From positions 1 to 47,447 of the forward strand of contig SKHH01000038.1 in assembly GCA_007117055.1 (NCBI GenBank): DNA of 47,447 nt, in the 5' to 3' direction. The notes below the pieces were generated by a model. It was not told the DNA's origin, did no database searches, and was given only the letters and a program-made list of their open reading frames with translations. A program made the translations under genes and the position numbers. Below are positions 8,732 to 17,666 of the stretch, piece by piece. This DNA comes from Lishizhenia sp. (lineage in GTDB: Bacteria; Bacteroidota; Bacteroidia; Flavobacteriales_D; Crocinitomicaceae). Position 1 is the first letter of the stretch. The number at the start of each line of letters is the position of its first letter.

Positions 8732-8803
8732 GCTGCAGTAGCTTAAAGGTAGAGTCCTTCCTTCTCACGGAAGTGGGTGACGGTTCGAATCCGTTCTGCA
8801 GTT
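8732..8803 (+). tRNA. tRNA with CTC (Glu) anticodon, atypical body
   Basis: CTTCC-TTCTCAC-GGAAG anticodon arm; first 25 nt identical to 8559..8583. Confidence 0.8.
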
Positions 8804-9172
8804 CTATTCTTGCAGTTCATCTGCATTTACAAGAACGGTGTCCAAATCTAATATTGGAAGGCGGTCAATTTGAATAATACTAATTTCAAAAATTCCTGCG
8901 TTTTCTAGGAATACTTGCAAAGAACCGCTGATGTGTCGAATTGCGCTGATGTGTCGAATTGCAAGGTCTGCAAAATTGAAATCGCAAGCGGAGTTTTCCC
9001 ATGCTTCTTTTCCTTCTGGGGTTTTCTTTACCCAGTTGGTAAGAGTTGTTTTTAGGGAGTTAACGACAGAATTGGCATCTTCATGTTGAGATGATACTTC
9101 ACAAGTGTATATCATTATAACGTTTTCTTCTGAATTTCGTCGTTCTGCGATAAAGGAAATCTCTTTTGCCAT
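8804..9172 (-). CDS. hypothetical protein
   Basis: Follows a repeat; internal 18-bp duplication (AIRHIS twice). Confidence 0.75.
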   Translation of the reverse strand: MAKEISFIAERRNSEENVIMIYTCEVSSQHEDANSVVNSLKTTLTNWVKKTPEGKEAWENSACDFNFADLAIRHISAIRHISGSLQVFLENAGIFEISIIQIDRLPILDLDTVLVNADELQE

Positions 9173-9223
9173 TGTATTGTGATTTGTGCTACAAATGAGT
9201 TTTTAGGGAGAGTTTAGTGGGTT

Positions 9224-9817
9224 TTAAGATTCTTCTTCATCTTCTATTGATAGAAGTTTAAAGAATCTTTTAACTGCTCTTTCTGCTATTTTCTTCGCTT
9301 CTTCTATAGATTCATGTTTTCCTAAGTCGCTTTTAATCGCAGGGAGAAAACAGGTTGCTTGATAGCGTTTTGTTTCTCCCCTTGAAACGAATGCACTATA
9401 AAATACGGAAGCAACTTTTACTTTGCCAATGTATAGTTTATTGTCTTTCCATTTCAATATGCCGTTATCTTCATTGACAATTTCGACCCCTTCTTCTAAG
9501 TTTGTTCCATCCAAATCAATGGATGCTGGTCGAACAATAACTTCTCCGAATTTTGTGTAATACACTCCAGAGGGAACAATACGCTCTTTAAAGTCATCAA
9601 AGTCAGTGCTACTGATTCGTTCTTCTGACTCTAATTTTCCCACTGTTACCCAATCAAAGACGATAATGCCTTCATTTTCTCGAACGTCTTGAATAGCATC
9701 GTTATCTTGACGAGCTAGTTTAATTGCTTGTTCAACATCTTCTGCAAGTCCAATAAATCGTTCACTGCTTTGTGATTGATGTATGTCGGTGTGAGTTATT
9801 TTTACTAATCGTTTCAT
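9224..9817 (-). CDS. hypothetical protein; C-terminal half paralogous to 9853..10101
   Basis: LKWKDNKLYIGKVKV...YQATCFLPAIKSDLG is shared with the neighbouring gene. Confidence 0.8.
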   Translation of the reverse strand: MKRLVKITHTDIHQSQSSERFIGLAEDVEQAIKLARQDNDAIQDVRENEGIIVFDWVTVGKLESEERISSTDFDDFKERIVPSGVYYTKFGEVIVRPASIDLDGTNLEEGVEIVNEDNGILKWKDNKLYIGKVKVASVFYSAFVSRGETKRYQATCFLPAIKSDLGKHESIEEAKKIAERAVKRFFKLLSIEDEEES

Positions 9818-9852
9818 GACTTCAATGAGTTTTTAGGGAGAGTTTGGTGGAT

Positions 9853-10101
9853 TTAATCTTCTATTGATAGAAGTTTTAAAAATCGATTTACTCCTGTTTC
9901 TACTTGAGTTTTAGCTGCATCTTTGGTTTCAAACCTACCCAAATCACTTTTAATTCCAGGGAGAAAGCAAGTTGCCTGGTATTTTTTAGGGTCTTCTCTT
10001 GAAATGAAAGATGAATAATGCACTGAACCAACTTTTATTTTGCCGACATACAGTACATCGTCTTTCCATTTTAAGGGAGATATAGAGATATTTTGTTTCA
10101 T
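9853..10101 (-). CDS. hypothetical protein
   Basis: Paralog of the C-terminus of 9224..9817. Confidence 0.8.
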   Translation of the reverse strand: MKQNISISPLKWKDDVLYVGKIKVGSVHYSSFISREDPKKYQATCFLPGIKSDLGRFETKDAAKTQVETGVNRFLKLLSIED

Positions 10102-10178
10102 ATTTTCAAGTGTCAGTAAATTTGTTGTTTATATGATGTAGCAAAAATTACATTCATAAAGCCTTTTAGATGAATGGT

Positions 10179-10415
10179 TTACTCAATTAAATCATTAGAT
10201 ACACAAAAATGTATATCTCCTGTTACCATTACATCAGAGTGTGATATGGGAGAGTTTTGACATTGGTCAACGGTTATCTTTCCTGAGCATTTAATTCGGA
10301 AGATAGTTCCTCCATCAGGACTTTGAACCCACATAGTATTTCCTCCAACATTAAACTCTAAGACAGCTGCCTTGATTTGAAGACGTTCGCCTTGTTCAAA
10401 AGTATTGTTTTCCAT
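10179..10415 (-). CDS. hypothetical protein
   Basis: Follows a degenerate repeat at about 10420-10456. Confidence 0.7.
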   Translation of the reverse strand: MENNTFEQGERLQIKAAVLEFNVGGNTMWVQSPDGGTIFRIKCSGKITVDQCQNSPISHSDVMVTGDIHFCVSNDLIE

Positions 10416-10475
10416 GTTATTAAAGTGATTTTAAAGAGATTGTTCGGTGGATTTTAGAATCGAATGATTCATAGA

Positions 10476-10688
10476 TTAATCAGCAGAACCTGTTCGCTCT
10501 GAGTGATAGATACTTCCAACAGTAACTTGAACGCCTTCTTCTGGATTCCATTGGTCTACATCTTTCTCTGTCACTTTTTCGCAGAAATTCTGAACCTCAT
10601 CTTGAGAGAGTTCGCGACTGGATGTAATGTAAATGGTGCGATGTTGAGTTTCAACACGTGTTCCTTGGTATGAATGAGAATGTGTCAT
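10476..10688 (-). CDS. hypothetical protein
   Basis: Translationally coupled (TAATG) to 10688..10933. Confidence 0.7.
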   Translation of the reverse strand: MTHSHSYQGTRVETQHRTIYITSSRELSQDEVQNFCEKVTEKDVDQWNPEEGVQVTVGSIYHSERTGSAD

Positions 10689-10933
10689 TATGCTTGAAAT
10701 TTAGGGTTTGGGTTTTTGATTATATTAAAATCTGAATAAAACACCTTAATAAGTTTCTCGCGGGTGTCTATAAACCCATCTTCTACACCTTCACGGGGAA
10801 CGACTCGCATAGGAAGTCTGTAAGTGCAAGACACAAAACTTTGTCCTTTGTCGTGATTTTGACAGTGATTAGTGGTGAAGAACATTTCTTTTGTTTCTTC
10901 GTTGCTGATTGTTATAATTGTTGTTTCTTTCAT
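10688..10933 (-). CDS. hypothetical protein
   Basis: ATG 6 nt after the repeat. Confidence 0.75.
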   Translation of the reverse strand: MKETTIITISNEETKEMFFTTNHCQNHDKGQSFVSCTYRLPMRVVPREGVEDGFIDTREKLIKVFYSDFNIIKNPNPKFQA

Positions 10934-11331
10934 GTGGTTAATGAGTTTCAGTAACAGGTTTAATGGGTTTTAAGACAAAAAAAAATCACACATCCATAAA
11001 AATGTATGATTTGTGTTCGTAAATGTTGTATACACCCAAATTTTGTCTATTGATTTTGCTGGTCTTACAGATATACAATGTACTTACCGTTGTGTGTAAT
11101 ACTATTTTACCTTGTCATAGTAAGTGTGGAAATTTCTACTTTCCATTACTTTAGATATTTCATCATTCTCACCTTTGAACACAACGAATGTCATCCCAAT
11201 AGTTTTTTCGCAAATCCCAGTAGCAATCATATCAGATACGATTACCTCTTTTTTTGTCATTACATTTTGATATTTCATTTAATTTAGTATTAAAACCAGT
11301 ACTACACTCGTCCGTTATCGGTAAGTTTCCT

Positions 11332-11387
11332 CGCTAACAAATGATAAACAACATTAAACGATTGTTTATCATCAGCCGTTATAGGGC
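11332..11387 (+). mobile_element. Short attC-like site
   Basis: CGCTAAC-aa-ATGATAAACAA-loop-TTGTTTATCAT-cagcc-GTTATAG; GTTATAGGGC is nearly complementary to GCCCTATCAC at about 11597. Confidence 0.6.
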
Positions 11388-11576
11388 ATTTATAAACCCC
11401 AAATAAACAGACCACCAATAAACTTGAAAAAAGAAACTTGGATAAAACACCCACCATTGAGTAGGTGAAAGCCATCTGTAGCTTGGTAACGAAAGCGTGT
11501 TCTTGCCAAACATTGTTACTATCACCAACAAGTTTAATATGGTAATTCCGAATGTGAAAATAAATAAGTATGTCAT
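11379..11576 (-). CDS. small membrane protein in an attC-like cassette
   Basis: Hydrophobic 65 aa; its stop codon lies in the GTT box. Confidence 0.6.
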   Translation of the reverse strand: MTYLFIFTFGITILNLLVIVTMFGKNTLSLPSYRWLSPTQWWVFYPSFFFQVYWWSVYLGFINAL

Positions 11577-11621
11577 TTTGATTTAAATTAAAAACGCCCT
11601 ATCACATAAGCTATACAAAAG

Positions 11622-11870
11622 TTAGTAACAAACAACTTCCACAACTCCTATGGAATAACCTTGTCGTTCATCATCGTTCATTCCCTCAACATACAAAGTG
11701 TTTTTTTTGGAAGAGTCCACCCAGTTGAACAACTCTACACTGTTCAGGCAAAAATGCTCTGATATGGCTTGTTTTGCTTTTGTCAAAAAACGACCGTCAT
11801 CCAGTCCTTCTGTTTGAACTGCAGCAACAATAACGCCTTCATCATTATCAGTTAAAATAAATGTCTTCAT
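11622..11870 (-). CDS. hypothetical protein
   Basis: Follows the repeat at 11923. Confidence 0.75.
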   Translation of the reverse strand: MKTFILTDNDEGVIVAAVQTEGLDDGRFLTKAKQAISEHFCLNSVELFNWVDSSKKNTLYVEGMNDDERQGYSIGVVEVVCY

Positions 11871-11953
11871 GGTCTATGTGTTTAATATGAACAAAAAACG
11901 GTTCTTCTTATTAGTTCGAGGGCAATGAGTGCTGAAATTTGGTTTGGTGGAGT

Positions 11954-12340
11954 TTACCCCAGCTCTTTTATGGCCTCAAGAATAACAGGCATTCGTTGGT
12001 CATATTTTAAAACTCGACGACGAGGATAGTCATCTGACTTCCCAAGTTTTTGACAAACCAATTCAGAAAGGGCATTGAGTTTTTCTTCCTCATTTTCGTC
12101 TGTCCAACTTTCTGGAAGTTCTACAATAATGTAGAGAGTCCCACAATTTCCATTTTCACCCAATAAAACCCCGTTGCGGAATCCTAGAAGTGTGTGGTTG
12201 AGGTTCATTTTTGCAGTTCGATTTCCAGAAAACTCTGGTATCCAAAGCGTATTACAAGTTCCTTTTGGATTTGACACTCGTCCTCGATTTGGGCCTTGTA
12301 TGCCCAATAGGGATGTGTAGTAATGTTCTAATTGATTCAT
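11954..12340 (-). CDS. hypothetical protein
   Basis: Bounded by repeats; ATG at +6. Confidence 0.8.
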   Translation of the reverse strand: MNQLEHYYTSLLGIQGPNRGRVSNPKGTCNTLWIPEFSGNRTAKMNLNHTLLGFRNGVLLGENGNCGTLYIIVELPESWTDENEEEKLNALSELVCQKLGKSDDYPRRRVLKYDQRMPVILEAIKELG

Positions 12341-12433
12341 GTCTAAAATGAGTTGTGTTTTTGTGTTTGGTGGAGTTTAGAAACTTAAAATATCGTTAAT
12401 AAACTTTTTTACAACAATTGAAATTGTACCACC

Positions 12434-12661
12434 CTACAATGCTTTTTTCCAGTCATCGTATTGTTTTTGGGTATAGGTTTCATCCGAAGGGTCATAACAA
12501 CCTACTGCTTCTTGAATCTCATTAGGATTTGCTTCCAGAAAAGCGATTCGACGACGAAGACCTTCTAAAATTTCTTCATTTGTTGCTTCTCCATTAGGAT
12601 TTTCACTCATTACTAAAAAACCTAAATCAAAAGCGTGTTGGTAGTATTTTTTATCAGACAT
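12434..12661 (-). CDS. hypothetical protein
   Basis: Follows a repeat. Confidence 0.75.
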   Translation of the reverse strand: MSDKKYYQHAFDLGFLVMSENPNGEATNEEILEGLRRRIAFLEANPNEIQEAVGCYDPSDETYTQKQYDDWKKAL

Positions 12662-12760
12662 AATTTATAGATTTGTCAACAATGAGTTATTAGGGAGAGT
12701 TTGGTGGGTTTAAATTTACAAATCAAACTAAATAGGTGCTATACTGTAGCGCCAAGCGAG

Positions 12761-13096
12761 TTAGCTGCAATTACTAAAAGCATCGTGCAACTTTTTGACT
12801 TTATCTCGACAAATACCAACAGCTTTTTCTGCGGCTTCTTGTGCTGATAACCCTTCTCCTAAATATTTGGTATCAAATCCTAATTCGTAACAATGAAAAA
12901 CCCAAGCAGGTTTATAGTATGCGTGTCCACAAGTTATTGATATTCTACATTCACCAGCTTTTGTACTAAAACCCGTTGGTATTTTTTCTTGGGCATTTCT
13001 GCCATATGAAGTGCTATCTTTCCAAACCAAACCAGCAGCTAACAAGTGTTTTGCAAAAGCAAGGCAGCTTTCTTGTAATTGAGTTTTTTGTTCCAT
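12761..13096 (-). CDS. hypothetical protein
   Basis: Stop lies in an attC-like GTTAGCT box. Confidence 0.7.
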   Translation of the reverse strand: MEQKTQLQESCLAFAKHLLAAGLVWKDSTSYGRNAQEKIPTGFSTKAGECRISITCGHAYYKPAWVFHCYELGFDTKYLGEGLSAQEAAEKAVGICRDKVKKLHDAFSNCS

Positions 13097-13161
13097 ATTC
13101 AATTTGATTTTTTAATTCAACATTTGTTTTTCAAATCCTTGCCTTGCATATAGAGATGAGG

Positions 13162-13410
13162 TTAATCATCCATCTTTCCTGTAAACATTTTCAACCAGCG
13201 TTTTGATACTTCTCTATAGATATTTGTTTCTGCAATATGCAAAGCACTAGCAACATCTAACTTAAACTCTTCTGCAATTTCTTTTGCATGGTCGCGTGTA
13301 CCAGAGGGAGATGCTAAAATTCCCGTTTGTTGCCATTGGTTAATTTCTTGCAACATTTGAGCCAGCTGTTCATCTGACTTATCATGAATAAATTTCTCTA
13401 CTTTTCCCAT
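13162..13410 (-). CDS. hypothetical protein
   Basis: Follows a repeat. Confidence 0.75.
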   Translation of the reverse strand: MGKVEKFIHDKSDEQLAQMLQEINQWQQTGILASPSGTRDHAKEIAEEFKLDVASALHIAETNIYREVSKRWLKMFTGKMDD

Positions 13411-13599
13411 CGGATATTTCTTTAAGTTTCTTTTCTATGTTTACAATGAGTTATTAGGGAGAGTTTTGTGGGTTTAAAAAAAAGAAAGAAAGTAGACAGC
13501 CTGACTCAGGAGTATTTTACATGATTGCTACGCAACCACAACCTATCTACATACCAGACAGCAACCCTTTAGACCGTAAGTTGGTATCTACTTTCAAGT

Positions 13600-13989
13600 T
13601 TATTTATTGCCTTGGTCTGAAATTTTTTGCAAGTTATCAATAAGTTCTGTATATTCAGTTAATTCTCCAATAGGAAATCCAATTCTCCAAATTTCTGTGC
13701 CTCTTCGGTAATTTACAACAGTTTTTAAAGAACCATTGCCATACCATGTTATTTCCAAACCATGCTTTTCCCCTTTTATGTAATTGATGACAGTGTCTTT
13801 AGTTCCTTCTTTATTCCACCACGTAGCTTGTCCATGCCGTTTTCCTTCATAAAAAGGAATGATACATTGTTTATTCCCGTTGGTATGCCACCAATATTGA
13901 GTCCCATGTTTCAACCCGTCTATAAAAGACGTTTCCTTTCTTTTTGCGCCATTTGACCAATGTTCTGTTTTCACTTCTTTGTTTCCCAT
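13600..13989 (-). CDS. MORN-variant repeat protein
   Basis: Repeats GLKHGTQYWWHTNGNK / GKRHGQATWWNKEG / GEKHGLEITWYGNG. Confidence 0.85.
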   Translation of the reverse strand: MGNKEVKTEHWSNGAKRKETSFIDGLKHGTQYWWHTNGNKQCIIPFYEGKRHGQATWWNKEGTKDTVINYIKGEKHGLEITWYGNGSLKTVVNYRRGTEIWRIGFPIGELTEYTELIDNLQKISDQGNK

Positions 13990-14090
13990 GTTTTTAATGA
14001 GTATATAACAAGATTTTGGTGGATTTTAAAGACACATTTTAATGCGTGTATATAGTTTGCTAATATTGATTCACAAAACTTACACACAAA

Positions 14091-14300
14091 TCAATGAGTA
14101 TCAAGGGAGAGTTTGGTGGGTTTTGCTTCCTTCACAATGAAGGGAGAGGAAACTTTTACTTCATAATTATGAATTCGCTTGATTTCCTGGGCCACCCATT
14201 CAGCTTTTGGTTGCATTAACCGACAAAACCCTTTTTCTATCACTTCAACGCCAATGGAATACATGGCGTTAAAATGAATACGTTGTTTAATTGATGTCAT
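14091..14300 (-). CDS. hypothetical protein reading through a repeat
   Basis: C-terminus KPTKLSLDTH is the translated repeat. Confidence 0.6.
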   Translation of the reverse strand: MTSIKQRIHFNAMYSIGVEVIEKGFCRLMQPKAEWVAQEIKRIHNYEVKVSSPFIVKEAKPTKLSLDTH

Positions 14301-14304
14301 AGGA

Positions 14305-14718
14305 TTAAATATTCACACTTGTTATCTCTGCAAAGATTCGAATTATTCCATGCATTTCAAGTATTTGTTCAGCTGATTCCATTATATCATCATCACCTTC
14401 CGCACTTTTAAAAGCAATTTCAATTTTTTCTATAGCTTGTTCAGCGCTTAAGTCATTAGCATCATATTGATATAAACCTACTGGTTCTCCTTCAGAATTA
14501 CACAGTTGAATTACTTTTAAATCTTGTTCATCTTCCAAAGACCAAGAACCAGAATAACATGTATCATCGAGTTCATAACTAAGCGTTCCACTGGTATAAC
14601 CCTCTTCAAGCATACTGTGGGCACGATTAAAGCCTTCTTCTTTTAAAAGCTCTTCATGTAGTGGGTTAATCTCTTCCTGAGAATCTATCCACCAATTGAT
14701 TTTAAGTTTCTTTTCCAT
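14305..14718 (-). CDS. hypothetical protein
   Basis: Start moved to the ATG at +6 from the repeat. Confidence 0.8.
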   Translation of the reverse strand: MEKKLKINWWIDSQEEINPLHEELLKEEGFNRAHSMLEEGYTSGTLSYELDDTCYSGSWSLEDEQDLKVIQLCNSEGEPVGLYQYDANDLSAEQAIEKIEIAFKSAEGDDDIMESAEQILEMHGIIRIFAEITSVNI

Positions 14719-14722
14719 GGCT

Positions 14723-15676
14723 TCAATGAGTATCAAGGGAGAGTTTGGTGGGTTTAACATTCTCTGAGGCATAATTAGCCAGAATGGTAGGTATCAAACG
14801 AATAAACTTTGTCAGGGAGTGCTTTATTAACATTGAACTCAAATAAATTCCTTTGTCAGTTGTGAGAATCGTTTCTTGGTTGTATAAAAATGAATGCTCC
14901 TTGCCATTTTGAATAAAGTGTACAAATATATTTCTTCGTTTTAACACCAAAGAATAACCCGCATATTGAAAACTTACAACATTTTCATCTTTTTTCTTAT
15001 TGCTTAATTTTCTAACAAGCGATTTTAAGGTGTCTTCAGGGAAGTTTGGCAACACAGGTGGTGTCCAGCCTTCCAAAATCTTTAAAGCTTCCAATTCAGC
15101 TTTAGAAAGCGTTTCTACCTTATAGTTACACCACACATAACCACGGTAGTTTGTAATAAGAGAGGATTTAACTCCATTATATCGAACGATATTTTCGTTG
15201 AAGTTTTTGCCTGCAGGTTCTGGGGTTTCTGGGTCAATTAAATTTGCTCCATTTGAGTTAACAGCATTTGAATTGTAGAAATAAGCTCCCAACAATTTAT
15301 CGGCTATCATTGATTCAACTCGTTTTCGGCTAATTTCAGGCAAAGTATCTTTGGTGTAGAAGTCTTTAAATTCTACTGGAATAACTGAAATAAGATTGCC
15401 GTAATCTGAGTGCTTGCAAACAAGATATTCAAAGGTCTTGTAATTCACAAAGAACTTAAAATGACCGTCTAAAACGTCATCTTTAGCATATGTTTTACCA
15501 TCATGGCTTGTTGGTAGCAAATTGTGAACAATGAAACAAAATACATTATCAGAAATGCGTTTTATGTTTCCTCTCCCACCTGAGCAAAAGACTTTTTGAC
15601 TTCCACCACCCCATGCAGAAAGACAGTGAAAAAATTTGCTTTCTAAAAATTCGGTATTGACTATTTGTTTTTCCAT
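14723..15676 (-). CDS. hypothetical protein
   Basis: 317 aa; start at +6; C-terminus encoded by a repeat. Confidence 0.8.
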   Translation of the reverse strand: MEKQIVNTEFLESKFFHCLSAWGGGSQKVFCSGGRGNIKRISDNVFCFIVHNLLPTSHDGKTYAKDDVLDGHFKFFVNYKTFEYLVCKHSDYGNLISVIPVEFKDFYTKDTLPEISRKRVESMIADKLLGAYFYNSNAVNSNGANLIDPETPEPAGKNFNENIVRYNGVKSSLITNYRGYVWCNYKVETLSKAELEALKILEGWTPPVLPNFPEDTLKSLVRKLSNKKKDENVVSFQYAGYSLVLKRRNIFVHFIQNGKEHSFLYNQETILTTDKGIYLSSMLIKHSLTKFIRLIPTILANYASENVKPTKLSLDTH

Positions 15677-15779
15677 GTTGTCAATGAGTGTCAAAATAAG
15701 GTGTGGTGGATTTTAATCAATTGGAGGTTTTGGTAAATACACCCAGTGAGTTACAGTAGATGGAAAGTCTTTGTTTTAC

Positions 15780-16070
15780 TTAATTCAATTCTACTGTTAG
15801 AACAGTTTTTTGAATAGCTGTTCGGATAATTTCAGAACTAGGAATATATGACCAAGGAGCGTCTAATGGTTTTCTGGTGGGCATATTTGAGTCTATTGCA
15901 ATCACAGCCTGCCAAAGTGTTATCATGCGTCCTTTGGGGTTTAAAATAATGGTGTAGGCATCCTCCCATGTTTTTTGACAGGGATTATCTATGACTTTTT
16001 GAAGTCGCTTTTGAATGTCTGGTTTTGTTTGACCAAACATGTTTTTTACAAATTGTAGTGTTAATTCCAT
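15780..16070 (-). CDS. hypothetical protein
   Basis: ATG at +6 from the repeat. Confidence 0.8.
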   Translation of the reverse strand: MELTLQFVKNMFGQTKPDIQKRLQKVIDNPCQKTWEDAYTIILNPKGRMITLWQAVIAIDSNMPTRKPLDAPWSYIPSSEIIRTAIQKTVLTVELN

Positions 16071-16229
16071 GGCTTCAATGAGTAAAGAATTATAGATTCG
16101 TGGATTTAAAAGTCAAAATCCCCGCCTAATGGACAAGACGGGGATTCTGGAAAACATGAAATTGCGTCTCTTTCTTTACTTGGAGGGGCAGACGCACCAG
16201 AAATTCCCCTTGAACAATTTTAATGAGTT

Positions 16230-16625
16230 TCAATCTTGAGTTTGGTGGAAATTAACTAGATAAAAGCTTTCCCACTGTTCTTCTGGTAATGCTTGCACCA
16301 AGTTTTGGTGAGGCACAAACTTTAGAATTTCATCAATGGTTGTATCATCCCCTAAGGCAATGGAGCGCTTTAAGTCTTCAATGACTGCATTTCGCAAAGC
16401 TTGGGCACGAACCTCTTGAAGTTTTACAGTTTCTTGAATAAAATTCGCAACATCCTCATTGTACTTGGTCGATAGTTCAGAAAAGCTGATTCGACCACCA
16501 TCTTCTTCAAACACATTGCCGTCATGGTCAATGGTTAGATAAGTGCTTTTATGGATGTTTTCGCCATCAAAATCAATATTGATTTCTATTAAGCCATCTT
16601 TACGTTCTTGCCGTGTTACTTTCAT
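16230..16625 (-). CDS. hypothetical protein
   Basis: Bounded by repeats. Confidence 0.8.
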   Translation of the reverse strand: MKVTRQERKDGLIEINIDFDGENIHKSTYLTIDHDGNVFEEDGGRISFSELSTKYNEDVANFIQETVKLQEVRAQALRNAVIEDLKRSIALGDDTTIDEILKFVPHQNLVQALPEEQWESFYLVNFHQTQD

Positions 16626-16661
16626 AACTTCAATGAGTTGAGATTTTAAGGTTGGTGGGTT

Positions 16662-16898
16662 TTAAAGTTGTTCAAATTCAAATTTTATATCTTCATACCC
16701 ATTATCATTGAGCCATTCTTTCATTACAATTGTACTGTTTTCTGACAAGAGGCATTCAACATCGAAAAACCTTTTAACTTTTGAAACACCATCTTCAATA
16801 ATTGCTTCATAAGCATTTATTGTTTTGTTTCCTGTTGGGCCGAGTTCAAAATCATTGTCGTGAAATTCAACATCAACTGTGTAATATATTTTCTTCAT
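16662..16898 (-). CDS. hypothetical protein
   Basis: Start moved to the +6 ATG. Confidence 0.75.
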   Translation of the reverse strand: MKKIYYTVDVEFHDNDFELGPTGNKTINAYEAIIEDGVSKVKRFFDVECLLSENSTIVMKEWLNDNGYEDIKFEFEQL

Positions 16899-16957
16899 GA
16901 GCTTAATGAGTTTCAATTTTGAGTTTGGTGGGTTTTGTTGCTTTTTTTTCAAGGAAA

Positions 16958-17245
16958 TTAAGCCAACCCACGACTATAATCCGACAATAGAATTTTCATT
17001 GTTTCTTCAGTTGAAATATCTACATGGTCATTTGAAACTTGGATTTTACCACTCATTTCAAAAAACCTTGTAATAGTCCATTTACCCATGTCGCCTTGTA
17101 CTACTATCCATGTAGCATAAGACTCTTTGCTATCATAATACACATTGTGAATTAAAGCAACTTTACCAGTTATCCAGTCTTTAAATTCTTTGCTGTTTTT
17201 TAAAACTTCTTCTGTAAACATCTTTTGAATATTTGTACTGTTCAT
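16958..17245 (-). CDS. hypothetical protein
   Basis: Start moved to the +6 ATG. Confidence 0.75.
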   Translation of the reverse strand: MNSTNIQKMFTEEVLKNSKEFKDWITGKVALIHNVYYDSKESYATWIVVQGDMGKWTITRFFEMSGKIQVSNDHVDISTEETMKILLSDYSRGLA

Positions 17246-17358
17246 ATACTCAATGAGTATTAAGGGAGAGTTTGGTGGGTTTATCAATAGTGTGCCCCGT
17301 ATAAATTTAACACCGTGTTCCTTGCTGTAAAAGAAATCATCTTAACGGTTTTAGATTA

Positions 17359-17384
17359 TACGAAAAACAAAACAAAAAGTTTCT
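17359..17384 (-). promoter_or_regulatory. ECF-type promoter AGAAAC-N16-CGTA
   Basis: Same architecture as the other four copies. Confidence 0.55.
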
Positions 17385-17661
17385 ATATTTTCTTTTTTCG
17401 TTTCCGTTCCTCCTTACGCCTTTCTCGACGTTTAGCTTGCCCTGAAGGCGGAGTTCCTAATATCATAGGCTCATCTAAAATAGGCGGTGCAGTTATTTTG
17501 TAACTAGGGAGATTTGCAATGTCTTCTATTTTTATTTGCTGATTTTTCGCTTCTTCTGGAGTTATCCATATCACATCTTCACCTAGTTGTTCAACTAGAG
17601 ATTGCGCTAAATTTGTTGTACTGCTTCCTCCTGCTCCTATGATTGCGTATTTTTTGCTCAT
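17383..17661 (-). CDS. hypothetical protein with basic tail
   Basis: 92-aa ORF. Confidence 0.7.
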   Translation of the reverse strand: MSKKYAIIGAGGSSTTNLAQSLVEQLGEDVIWITPEEAKNQQIKIEDIANLPSYKITAPPILDEPMILGTPPSGQAKRRERRKEERKRKKKI

Positions 17662-17666
17662 TTTTT

